NCBI RefSeq assembly: GCF_009914755.1
Contig: NC_060928.1
Strand: one strand, 5' to 3'
Source: the human T2T-CHM13v2.0 reference genome, Homo sapiens
DNA: 64,000 nt
Positions 42,456 through 55,412 of the stretch are shown here, in pieces (position 1 is the stretch's first letter; each line of letters starts with the position of its first letter). Below the pieces are notes generated by a model. It was not told the DNA's origin and did not search any database. It saw nothing but the letters and a program-made list of their open reading frames with translations. Position numbers and translations under genes: made by a program.

Positions 42456-43248
42456 TTACACTCATCAACTTAACTCTTTAGAAGAAATGAACAAATTATT
42501 CAAAAACTAAACACTAGCAGAAATCAGCCAGGTGAAAGAGATAAAAGAAAGAGTCCTATAACCATTAAATAAATTGAATTCATAATTAGAATATCTCCAT
42601 CCCCCAACATTCAGGCCCAGACGTTCTGGAGAATTTTACCAAACATTTAAGAATTTACACCAATTTTACATAATCTCTTAAAAGGCAAAAAGATTAGGAG
42701 GTAATACTTCTCGAGTTATTTTATGGGGTCAATACTATCCTGATAGTAAAAGCAAGTAAAGATAGCACAAAAGTCTAAAACCACAGGCCAATATCTCTCA
42801 GGAACATAGACACAACAATCCTCAACAAAATATTAGAAATCACATCCAAGAATGGATGCTTAAAAGTATATATTATGATCAAATGAGATTATTGCAGTTA
42901 TTCAAGCCTGAATCAACATTTGAAAATGGATCAATGTAATTTATCATATCAATATGCTAAAGAAGAACAATCATAGGATCATAAATTGACACAGAAAAAC
43001 CATTTTTAACAAATTCCACAACCATTCATGCAAAAAGTCAACAAACAAGGAAGAGATGAATTTCTTAAACCTCATAATTTCAAAAACCCTACAGCTGACA
43101 TCATAGCTAATGATGAAAAACTGCACATTTTCCTGTAAGATTGTGAATAAGGCAAAAATACCTACTCTCAGCATGCCTATTGAACATAGTACTGAAAGTT
43201 CTAGCCTCTCCAATAGGCAGGAAAATAATTTAAAAACACGCAGATTGA

Positions 43249-43834
43249 CTAGTCATTTAGCATTAGGTATATCTCCTAATGCTGTCCCTCTCCCCTCCCC
43301 CCACCCCACAACAGTCCCCAGAGTGTGATGTTCCCCTTCCTGTGTCCATGTGTTCTCATTGTTCAATTCCCACCTATGAGTGAGAACATGCGGTGTTTGG
43401 TTTTTTGTCCTTGCGATAGTTTGCTGAGAATGATGGTCTCCAGTTTCATCCATGTCCCTACAAAGGACATGAACTCTTCATTTTTTATGGCTGCATAGTA
43501 TTCCATGGTGTATATGTGCCACATTTTCTTAATCCAGTCTATTGTTGTTGGACATTTGGGTTGGTTCCAAGACTTTGCTATTGTGAATAGTGCCGCAATA
43601 AACATACGTGTGCATGTGTCTTTATAGCAGCATGATTTATAATCCTTTGGGTATATACCCAGTAATGGGATGGCTGGGTCAAATGGTATTTCTAGTTCTA
43701 GATCCCTGAGGAATCACCACACTGACTTCTACAATGGTTGAACTAGTTTACCAACATGGCACATGTATACATATGTAACAAACCCGCACATTGTGCACGT
43801 GTACCCTAAAACTTAAAGTAGAATAATAATAATA
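43249..43834 (+). mobile_element. 5'-inverted short L1PA3/4-like insertion (twin priming)
   Basis: Antisense 43249-43750, sense 3' terminus 43751-43834; 17-bp TSD aaaaaca(c/t)gcagattga at 43232-43248 and 43835-43851. Confidence 0.93.
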
Positions 43835-44315
43835 AAAAACATGCAGATTGAAAAGGCAGAAATAAACTTGTCTTTATTTGCAAATATCAAAATTATCAAC
43901 ACTAAAAACCCTAAGAAATCTACCAAAAATCTCATAAATACTGAGTTTAGCAAATCACAGGACATATACAAATCAACAACTGAAATGAATCACATTTCTT
44001 TAATTTCTAAAATTAAAAACACAATACAGTAGTATTTATAACTACTCCAAAGATAATGAAATATATAGGTATACACTTGGCAAAACATGTCCCAGGACTT
44101 TGTGCTGAAAATTCCAGAATGCTGTTGGAAGAAATGAAAAAGACCTAAATAAATAGAAATACACAGCATTTATGAAAGAGAAAACTCAACATATTAATCA
44201 TGCCAGTTGTCTACAAATTGATCTATGTATTTGATGCTATTCCTATCAAAATCTCAGCAAGAATTGTATAGATGTAGAGAAGCTTATTCTAAAATATATA
44301 TGGAAAGGAAAGATC

Positions 44316-44473
44316 TATAAATAGCCAAAACAGTTTGAAAAAGAACAAAATGAATGATTAACTCTTCCCAGTGTTAATGGGAAATTATACCAATTTTATA
44401 TAACATTCCCTTTAACATTGGGAAGAGTTAATCATTTGTTTTGTTCTTTTTCAAATTGTTTTGGCTATTTATA
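44316..44473. repeat. Fold-back palindrome, ~74-bp arms and 9-nt loop
   Basis: tataaatagccaaaacagtttgaaaaagaac... (44316-44389) pairs with ...gttctttttcaaattgttttggctatttata (44399-44473), about 7 differences. Confidence 0.95.
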
Positions 44474-45367
44474 ACTCTTCCTAATGAGGAGAGTATGTTA
44501 CTGGAATAGGTATAAACACAGATAAATTGGAGCAAATTACAGAATCTAAAAATATACTGACATCAAGATGCCCAGTTAAATTTTGACTAAGGAGCAAAAG
44601 TTATTTAATGAAGTAAGAATAGCATTTTTAATAAGTGGTACTGAAACAATTGAACACTGATAGGAAAATAAAATGAACTTCGGTTTAAACCTTCTATCTT
44701 AAAATTATCTCAAAGTGGACCAAACACTTAAATGTTAAATTTAAAAGTATAAAAAATGTAGGATAAAATGGGAAAATCTTTTGGATCTAGGATTGGGCAG
44801 AGTTTTTAGACTTAACATTAAAAGTGTAATCAATTAAAAGAAACTTTCATAAATTGCACCTCAAAATAGAAAAAGAAAAGAATACTTTATTTTGCAAAAG
44901 ATCCAGTTAAAAGTTTAGGGCATTGCCCTACTGGCTTTTACCTGGGTTATTCATAATTAGAGATACAATTTGTTTAGGTAACGCAACCCTTTTTTGGTAG
45001 ATTTCCCCAGCATATATTTCTAATGTTTGAACCAATAAATGCTATCACTTGGGTATTTTCAGTGCATAAATTTTACACAAGGTTATTTAGAGCAGCATGA
45101 AATACCATAGTACAGTTTGAGATAGCCAATATGTTTTAGTTTCATCAGGAGAGTTTGTTTTAAATAAATGATTTCTACTCAGAATCAATGTGCACAAATT
45201 TTAATAATATTAATTGTGTTACAACAACTAATAACTTCTTTTTGTTTAATAGTCAGGTAGAATATAGAATTCATTATAGGCTTGTACCAAAATAACTGAA
45301 TTTCTTGGATATTACTTTATACCCTGTAAGTAGGTATTCATATATTTTTGTTTTAAATTATTGCAGT

Positions 45368-45656
45368 GTACATGGAATACTATGCAGCCATAAAGAAGAA
45401 TAGGACCATGTATTTTGCAGGGACATGAATGGAGCTGGAGGCCATTATCCTTAGCAAACTAACACAGGAACAGATGACCAAATACCATATGTTCTCACTA
45501 AAAAGTGGGAACTAAATGGGAACACATGGATACATAGAGGGGAACAACACACACTGACGCTTACTGGAGGGTAGAAGGTGGAGGGGGGATCGGGATAAAT
45601 AACTAAGGAGTAGTAGGTTTAATACCTGCGTAATGAAATAATTTGTACAACAAACC
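45368..45656 (+). mobile_element. Older L1PA 3' fragment lacking terminus and poly(A)
   Basis: catggaatactatgcagccataaa ... tgtacaacaaacc. Confidence 0.85.
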
Positions 45657-45821
45657 AATATTTATTGGCAGTAAATAGATAATTATATGGCCATATTTTA
45701 AAAATTTCTTAGCAACTTTAGTAAATACTCCATTTAGTGTTCAGAAACATGCTACAAATTTGTGACACTGTCTTTTTGGTTTTCATCCAAAATCTAATGC
45801 ATTCACACATTCTTATCAGTG

Positions 45822-46227
45822 TGTGATGGACTGAATGTTCCTGTACCACAAAATTCATATGCTGAAACCCTAATCATGCTGAAACCCTAATCTTGCTGAA
45901 ACCCTAATCTTCAATGTGGTGTTATTTGGAGATGGAGCTTTGGGGAAGTAATGATGTCATTAGGGTGGAGTCCTCATGATGGGATTAGTGACCTGATAGG
46001 AAGAGAGGGGAAGAGAACTTGCTTCCTCTTTCTGCTCTTGGCCAGGTGAGGATATATGGAGAAGAGGACTGTCTGCAGACCAGGAAGAGGGGCCTCCCCA
46101 AGTATGGCATCTGTGGTCTGCTTGGTCTTAGACGTCCCAACTTTCAGAACTGTGAGAAACAAATATTTGTTATTTAAGCCACCCAGTCTGTGGTAATTTG
46201 TTATAGCAGCCCAAGCAGACTATAACA
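45822..46227 (+). mobile_element. MLT1A/MSTC-type LTR with an internal 17-bp x3 tandem repeat (45859-45909)
   Basis: tgtgatggactgaatg ... gcagactataaca; TSD cagtg/tagtg. Confidence 0.88.
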
Positions 46228-46819
46228 TAGTGTGATATTTTAAAAACACGTTTTATGGAATATATAAGCAAATCTTCAGTAATAACTATGTAATGATTTT
46301 TAAATGTCTGTCCTATATTAAAATTTTTCAACTTTCATATATGTCAAATTCTGTAGATTTAAGTAAATAGAAATGAGCATTAAATATAAAAGTATATGTA
46401 ATTCTGTCTGACTGGAATCACAGACACACAGACATTTAAAATGTTACTTCTAATAGCATTAGCTTCCTGATCTATATGAATTTAGGACTATTTGTAGACT
46501 TACAGTAAACTTAAAATTATCCTAAATGAAAGTGATTGGCATAGGATAAATACTTAAACACGTTAATTGCCTTCCCTTTAGAAAACAGAGAGATATATAT
46601 TCACCCTCACACAGACAAACACACATCAGCAAAGAAAACCAATGTCTCCACATAGATGTTTTTGCTTCCCAGACCCAAAACATCTGGAGGTGAAATGATT
46701 GACATTGAAATGTAACGATTCCTTTAAGGGAGAAAAAGCTTTGGGAATGGTGTTTTTTCACACTAAAAGAGATATTATATACACTTACTGTAATCAGGGT
46801 TGCAAAATTAAGAATATGA

Positions 46820-47272
46820 TTATATTAGTTTCCTATTTCTGCTGTAACAAGTTAGCACAGAGCAGTTTAAAACAACACAAATGTTTACTTTCCTACAGTT
46901 CCGGAGTTAAGTCTGAAGTAAGTGTTACAAGGCTAAAATCAAGATCTCAGCAGGAGTGATTGCTTCTGGAGGCTCCAGAGGATAGCACCTGTCCTCACCT
47001 TGTCCAGCTTCTAGAGGCAGATTGTGGCCCCTTCCTATATCTTCAAGCCAGCTAGGTAGCATTTTTTTTTTCTCTTTAACCAACTGCTTTGTTTTATAAA
47101 TACCTCGTGATTATATTGGAGCCATGCAGGAAGCCAAGATGATCTCCCAGTTCCAAGATCTTTAAGATAATCGCATTAGCAAATCCCTTTTGCCATATAG
47201 AGTAGCATATTGACTGGTTTTAGAGATTGGAATGTGGACATATTTGGGGACGCATTATTTAGTCTTTCACAG
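46820..47272 (-). mobile_element. MLT1C/D-like LTR
   Basis: tattagtttcctatttctgctgtaacaa ... gtggacatatttgggggacgcattatttagtctttcaca. Confidence 0.82.
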
Positions 47273-47284
47273 TTATAACAGAGC

Positions 47285-47586
47285 TTTTTTTTTTTTTTTT
47301 TTTTTTTTGATGAAGTCTTGCTCTGTCGCCCAGGCTGGAGGGCAGTGGCATGATCTCGGCTCATAGCAACCTCTGCCTCCCGGGTTCAAACAATTCTCCC
47401 GCCTCAGCCTCCTGAGTAGCTGGGATTACAGGCACGCGCCACCATGCCTGGCTAATTTTTCTATTTTTAGTAGAGACAGGGTTTCACCATGTTGGTCAGG
47501 CTGGTCTTGAACTCCCAACCTCGTGATTTGCCCCCCCAGGCCTCCCAAAGTGCCGGGATTACAGGCGTGAGCCACTGTGCCCAGCC
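47285..47586 (-). mobile_element. AluS (Sg-like)
   Basis: Antisense dimer; TSD ataacagagc(ttt) at 47275 and 47588. Confidence 0.94.
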
Positions 47587-47866
47587 AATAACAGAGCTTT
47601 TTTTTTTTCTTCACTATATAATTTGAAGCAAAATGCCCCAGTAATACATGAAGAAGCTGCAGGCATTCAGTGTTCTTTCAGTATCCTTTAAGAAAGATGA
47701 ATAGTCTTTTCCCTACATATACTGACTTCACAACAAACTTATTCATTTTTTGAGATGCAAATTACTTCAATGTTTCATATTGATCTAAATTAGCTCCCTC
47801 CTTGTTTCTAATTTTTGATTAGCAGCTGGTAGCAATGAAAGCAGAGTAGAGCAGGGGTGTGTAAGG

Positions 47867-47869
<3 letters not shown>

Positions 47870-47898
<29 letters not shown>
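47870..47898. repeat. (TG)n microsatellite
   Basis: Seen directly. Confidence 0.95.
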
Positions 47899-47902
<4 letters not shown>

Positions 47903-50556
47903 GCAAATGCTGTCACTTACAGCAATGATAGAAGATACCTTTGTGGAATTCAAGAATCTGTGCATCTTCATTAATGCTTTCTGTGTCAGCTAAACGTATT
48001 CGCCATCAACTTTAAAGCAGCCTATTTTAGGATGTCATCTGTTGGCTTCATAGGGAGGTTTTAGCCAAATTCCCCACTTTAATGATTTTTCGCTTCCCAG
48101 GTCATCTTACTAATATTGTGATACACCACAAAAATTATAGCATTTCTCGATATAATTCAATATAATAGGATCACTGTAATGCTACAAAGCCCAGGCATTT
48201 TCATTTCTCATGCTTTCCCCTTGGAATCATGTTAAGAGGCTAGATTATAGGCTTTTGAAATTGCAATTTTGCCATTTGGGAGGTAAAAGTAATTGGATGA
48301 ACTATAGCAAGAGATAACATATTAAAAATTTCATTACCATACTGTTTCAACTAATCTCTCTTCTGAATAAAGGAGCATACATCTCTTTCTGATTCTTTTT
48401 AGGTCCCTAAATGTGGAGGTCAAATATCAAGTTTAAAGAAAGTGAAAAACAGCATTATGTATTTTTCCTAGTCTATATAAAATAACAGACCAATTTTTTT
48501 CTTCACTGCCATCAAATATATTTTATAGACAAATCTTTTAATAAACCTCAAATATCAAATAAAATGTTTTCACATCATAATTTAAATAATAAAATTTATT
48601 AATAGATGTGTTTATAAGTGCTTCTGATTTCTGATCATTATTCTTCATCAGGCATTTAGGCATTCAATTTATGAGGTTTCCTTTAATCTCAGATGAAACT
48701 AACTCTGTTTTTCGTGTCTCTGTCTTTATTGTTGATATGTCACATTTGAGGCCATCACTGAAGCTCCTTGTTTTCTGTATCCTCTCTGAGGGCTCACTGT
48801 TGCTTTTATCCCCTCCTACAATTTCCCCCACAGAATACCTGCTGATATTCATTCATTTTTTTTTCAGTTTTTGTAACCACTTATTTAGCAATTGAAATTG
48901 CCTGTTTACTGTTCTTTCAATATCAGCCTCATTTATCTGATTATTCCTCTGAAACTTGAAGAGGTTGTGAGGGTCTAGTGTGACATGTTACAAGGAGCTT
49001 GATCTGGGTGTATGTAGCTCTTCATGCTGTTCCTCAGAATAAGTAGCATAGAGGCCCAAACTAGCTTCAATTCCCAATGAGGAATTATGAGTCAGTCATG
49101 GACTGGAGTCCTGGGTCAGGCGAACCAGTCCAAGTAAAAAGGGCCAAGAACCAAATGCAAAAAGATTCTGAATTGTGAAAGCCAGTGTGCAGGAAAGTGC
49201 AGCACAAATAACCAGAATGCTCAAAAATTCCTTAGATTAAAAGTGTAAAGCTGCAGACATATCTTTTTGGGAACCACCATTAAGCCCTCTATGATGCGGG
49301 AAATTCATTAATAAAAATAATTTATTAATGCAAAAGAAGGGAAGAAATGAGAAGATGTGGAACATAAAAGAGTTTAGACAAATAGAAAATTATAGTAAAA
49401 TGACAGATACAAAGAGATCAGTAATCCATCAAATGCTAGTGGAACTAATGTAGAACTAACACATTAAAGGTAAATGTGGTGATGCTGGCTTAAAAATATT
49501 TCTAGTTATGAAACCACTTTAATTAAAATGAAAGCTAAAATGTTAGAAAGGTTATATAAATTTCACCACTATATAAATGGTTTCACCATTTAACATGCCT
49601 CTGCAGCTTTACAATTTTAATGGGTATTAAGTGAGTGTCAGGGTAGGTTTAGGAAGGAAGGAGGTCCATAGGAGTGCAGTCTCCTGAGTATATGGTACAC
49701 AGCACAACCCTAGACCCAGGGCCATTTTTTTTCAAAGCACTACTTCATCATTTAGTGCTATTGCATTGTTCAGAAATCTTACTTGGAGAATTAAATTTAA
49801 TGCTAGTCTTGCACTTGAAAATCTTTACAACATGGCTACAAACCATTTCCCAAAATGATGTCACTATGCTCACCAGTGTAAACCTTTGTGACAGCAAACT
49901 CTTCAATCACCTTTTTTTCAAAGCAGTCCTTACACTTTCTTACTTGTTTTAAACTAATCTTCTACCACATTTTCTTCTCTCAGTCCTCTTCTGCCAATTT
50001 ATCTCTGATTCATTCATCCTGATGGTTCAAATCTCACCTTTATAAAGCATTTCTGGATATAATTCAATATAATAGGATCTCTGTATATGGAATATATCCA
50101 TTCCTTGGTGATGTCTGTTTCTTAGGAAACAGGCATTCCTTAATCATTCATTTTTTTCAATATAAAATATTTATTGAATGCCCACAGTGTCCCAGGTAAC
50201 TCCATCAATTACTGGGGGTCCGCTGGTGCTTTGATAGAAAATGAAGTCATATATCCTAATAGATTAAAGGAGGATATCTTTCTTAAGTCGTGGAATTTAT
50301 ATAACTTTTCTAACATTATAGCTTCTGTTTTAATTAAAGTGGTTTCACAACTAGAAATATTTTTAAACCAGCATCATCACATTTACGTTTAATTTTACTA
50401 TTAGCTCCTCTAACATTTGATGAATTACTGATCTATTTGCACCTGTCGTTTTACTATGTATTTTCTATTTGTCTGAAATGTTTTATGGTCCACATCCTCT
50501 CATTTCTTCCCTTATTCTGTATTAATAAATTATTTTTATTAATGTATTTCCCCCAT

Positions 50557-51016
50557 TGTAGACGGCTTACTGTGGGTTCCCAAAAAGATGTGTCTACCTG
50601 CTAATCCCTGAAAACTGTGAATAGTTCCTTATCTAGAAAAGGTTTTTTGCAGATCTAATTAAGTATGGAACTTGAGATGAGGAGATTATCCTACTTATCA
50701 GGTAGGTCCTGAATGTCATCTCAAGTGTCCTTATAAAAGAGAGACACAGGGAGATTAAACAAGCATGTACAAAGGAGAAGGTAACGTGAAGACAGAGCAG
50801 GAGAGATGTGGCCACAAGACAAGGAGCGTTGACAGCCGCCAGCAAATGAACAAGACAAGGAACAGGTTCTTCCTCAGAGTTTCCAGAGAGGATATGGCCC
50901 TTTCAACTCCTGGATTTCAGACTTCTGGCCTTTAGGACTGTGAAAGAATAAATCTTTGCTGTTTTAAGACATCAAATTTGCCATAATTTGTTATAGCAGC
51001 CATAAAAACTTACATA
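50557..51016 (+). mobile_element. MLT1C/D-like LTR
   Basis: cttgagatgaggagattatcc ... ttgttatagcagccata; perfect 5-bp TSD cccat. Confidence 0.88.
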
Positions 51017-52069
51017 CCCATAAATTGACTTTTAATTGTATTCTTTCATTTCATAGTTATTCTAGAAATTGCAACACCCATTTTAAACTCTTTAACTTAT
51101 TAAAATCTAATATTTCTGTAGCTTTGTGATTTTCTTGGAAATGCTCTGACCTAGAAATATTTTTCTACTGTGTTTTATTTTTATGTTATTTTGTCAGGCT
51201 TTTTGAATTCTACATGTTTTTGACTCCACAAACTACTATTAATATTATTTTTGTTTTAGTGAAAAAGCTCTTCAAAAAAGGCAGATCATTTATTTGATGT
51301 TACCTTCTTTCTGGAATTTTGGTACTAATTAAGAAGCATTTTGTAAGTATAGTTGATATTTTTATCTCCCACAGATGAATTTATTTTACAGTGTTTTATT
51401 AACCCATAAAGAATCTGAAGTCAAGGAAAAATAGGTTAGTACAGCTTGGTTATATTGTAGTCTACTAAGATTTAGCTACATTCATAACTGAAAAATAGAT
51501 TGAAATTATGTAATTTCCTGATTTTAATTGTTAAGAAGCAAAACAAAACCATTCAACGGCTACATAAATCAATATAATTTTTAGGAGTCTACTGTGTTCC
51601 ACAACCTATGCTTGGTACTGGGTGGCAAACATTATAGGAATAACTAGCTAAGTGAGCAACAATTCTTCCTTAAGGTAGATATTAATAAAAGTGGTCCAAT
51701 TCTAACTCACCAAGTATCATACCCGTGATTCATTATATTTGTAATAAGAATTCATTCAATGTTAGAATCAAAAGCCTTAGTAGCTTTTTGTATTATCAGA
51801 ATGTTTTTATTCCTGTATCTTTTAGTGGTCTACATAGTTTTAGTTACAGTTTAGTGCTATAGGATTTCTTAAAACCCTAACTAAAGATCAAAGGCTAGCT
51901 CTAGCAACCCACTATTAAATTATCTACAATCATCACACATATATAAACTAATTTACTTGTTATGTTTTTATGTTCTCATTTGAAAATATGGCCAACTCTC
52001 TTATTGTTTAAAGGTATATTGTTTTATGTGTTTGAATTTCTTCTATATACAATTAACACATTACATGAT

Positions 52070-52335
52070 GGTAATTATGTAGAATAGAGTGAAAAACTGG
52101 ACATAGAAAGAATTCTTTATTCAATCACATTTTAATTCAAAACTCAGCTCTGCCTCTGCCCCTCAGTTTGATTTTGACTTACATATTAGAATGCCCTAAG
52201 CCTCAGTTTCTTCACAGGAAAAAATGAAGACAACAGATAACATAAGATTGTTGCAGGGATGGAGGATGATGGATATATAAAGTGAATCATATAGGATGTG
52301 GTTGCAGTAAAGCATGTAAAGATAATATTTGTGTT
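52070..52335 (+). mobile_element. MIR SINE
   Basis: ctaagcctcagtttcttcac core. Confidence 0.65.
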
Positions 52336-54157
52336 TCAATAATTTAAGGAAGGTGATATCACACACACCCACACATACACACACACACACAAACACTCCT
52401 TCTGTTTCTCTTAGGCTTATTTTGGCTACAAGTTCCAAATATTACATATGAATTTTCTTATTGTTATATAATAATTGTACATATTTATGGGGCACACGTG
52501 ATATTTTGATACACATACATTGTGTAATAATCAAACCAGAGTAATTCAGATAGCCACCATCTCAAACATTTATCCTTTACTTGTGTTGAAAATATGCCAA
52601 ATTTTCTCTTCTAGCTATTTAAAAATATACAATAAATTATTAAGAACTATATTCATACTACTGTGCTATTGAACACTAGAAATTATTCCTTCTATCTAAG
52701 TGTATTTTTGTGTCCATTAACCAATCTCTCTCTATCCCCCTTCCCCCATAGTTCCCAGCCTGTGGTAACCATCATTCTATTCTCTATCTCCATGAGTCAG
52801 TGTTTTTCTAAGCCTTCACATATGTGTGAATGATATATGTGTTTATGTTCCTAGCTCATTTTACTTAACATATTGTCATCCAGGCACATATATGTTGCCA
52901 AAATGAAAAGATTTCGTTATTTTTTATGGCTGAATGATGTTTTATTGTGTGTATATATACCACACTTTCTGTATCTCTTCATTGACTGAGGGACACTTAG
53001 GTTGATTCCATATCTTGAGTACTGTGAATAGCTCTGTAATAAATATGGGAGTGTAGATAGCTCTTTGATATACTGATTTCTGTTCTTTTTTGGTATATAT
53101 CCAGCAGTAGGATTACTGAATCATATGGCAGTTCTTTTTTAGGTTTTTACATACTCTTTACATTCCCACAAATAGTGTATGAAAATTCCCCTCCTTCCAC
53201 ATCCTTACTAGCTTCTGTCACTTTTTGTCTGTTTGATAATGGCCATTGTTACTGGGGTGACATGATATCTTATTGCAGTTTCGATTTGCATTTCTATGAT
53301 TATTGGTAATGTTGATCATTTTTTTATATACCTGCTTCTCATTTGTATGTCTTCTTTTGAGAAATGTCTATGGGGATCATTTACCCATTTTAAAATTGTA
53401 TTATTTGTTTTTGTTTTTGTTTGTTTTTTGCTTCTGAATTGGTTGAGCTCCTTATATGTCTTGGTTAAGCCCTTGTTGAATTGATAGTTTGCGGATTTTT
53501 TTTCCCATTCTGTAGGTTGTCTTCTCCTCTGTTGATTGTTTTCTTTGCTGTGCAGAAACTTTTTAGCCTGATGTAATACCATCTATCTATTTCTGCTTTT
53601 GTGACCTGTGCTTTTTAGGTCTTACCCCAAAAATTCTTTGCCCACACCAATGTCCTGAAGCATTCTCCCTGTTTTCTTCTAGTAGTTTCATAGTTTTGTG
53701 TCTTACATTTAAGTATTTAATCCATTTTGAGTTGACTTTTGTATATGGTGAGAGACAGGGGTCTAGTTTCATTCTTCTGCATGTGCATATCCAGTTTTCC
53801 AGTCCCATTTATTGAAGAGACTGTCTTTTCCCCAATGTATGTTCTTGGCAACTTTGTCTGAAATGAGTCGGCTCTAAATACAAAAACTTATTTCTGTGTT
53901 ATCTTTTCTGTTCCGTTGGTCTCTATTCTGTTCCACTGGTCTGTGTGTCTATTTTTATGCCATGCTGTTTTGGTTACTGTAGTTTTGTAGTATATTTTGA
54001 GGTCAAGTAGTGTGATGCCTCAAGCTTTGTTCTTTATGCTCAGGATTGCTTTGGCTATTTGGAGTCTTTTGTGGTTCCATACAAACTTCAGGAGAGTTTT
54101 TCCTATTTCTGGAAGAATTTCATTGATATTTTGGTAATGATTGCATTAAATCTGTAG

Positions 54158-54594
<437 letters not shown>

Positions 54595-55055
54595 CATCAG
54601 GGGTTTATATTTTTTATTGTAGAGAAATTTCATTTCTTTGGTTACTTTTATTTCTAGATATTTGGTAACTATTGTAAAATGAACTGTTTGATTTTTTTTC
54701 AGGTAAATCGAAACTGACTTATAGAAATGCTACTGATTTTTGTACATTGAGTTTGTATCCTGTAACTAAACTGAATTTGCTTATCTATTCTAACAGTTTT
54801 TTTTTTAAAGTAAAGTCTATGTTTTTCTAAGTGTAAGATCATTTCTTCTCCAAACAAGGACAACTTAACTTCTTCCTTTCCCATGTGCATGTCCTTTATT
54901 TATTCCTTTTTCCTGATTGCTCTAGCTGACTCCCAGTATATGTAAAACAAAAGTGATGAAAGTGGGCATCCCTGTCTTCTCCTAGATCTTAGAGGAAAGG
55001 CTTCCAGTTCTTCCCCATGTAGTATGATGTTCGCTATGGGTTTGTCATGCGTGGT

Positions 55056-55412
55056 TGGTATGGTTAGGCTTTGTGTCCCCACCCAAATTTCATCTAGAAT
55101 TGTAATTCCTAGGTGTTGAGGGAAGAACCTGGTGGGAGGTGATTGGATCACGGGGGTGGTTCCCCCATGCTGTTCTCATGAAAGTGAGTTCTCATGAGAT
55201 CTGATGCTTTTATAAGTGTTTGGCAAGTTCCTCTGCTCACTCTTCTCTTGCCTGCCGCCATGTAAGATATGCCTGCTTCTCCTTCTACCATGATTGTAAG
55301 TTTCCTAAGGCCTTCCCAGCCATGCCAAACTGTGAGTCAATTAAATCTCTTTCCTTTATAAATTACCCAGTCTTGGCTATTTTTTATAGCAGTGTGAGAA
55401 TGGACTAATACA
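55056..55412 (+). mobile_element. THE1 solo LTR
   Basis: tggtatggttaggctttgtgtccccacccaaat ... gagaatggactaataca. Confidence 0.92.

Noticed and set aside
45859-45909. 17-bp x3 repeat containing aaccctaa, as a CRISPR-like or telomeric array
   Set aside because: No spacers; simple tandem slippage of native LTR sequence
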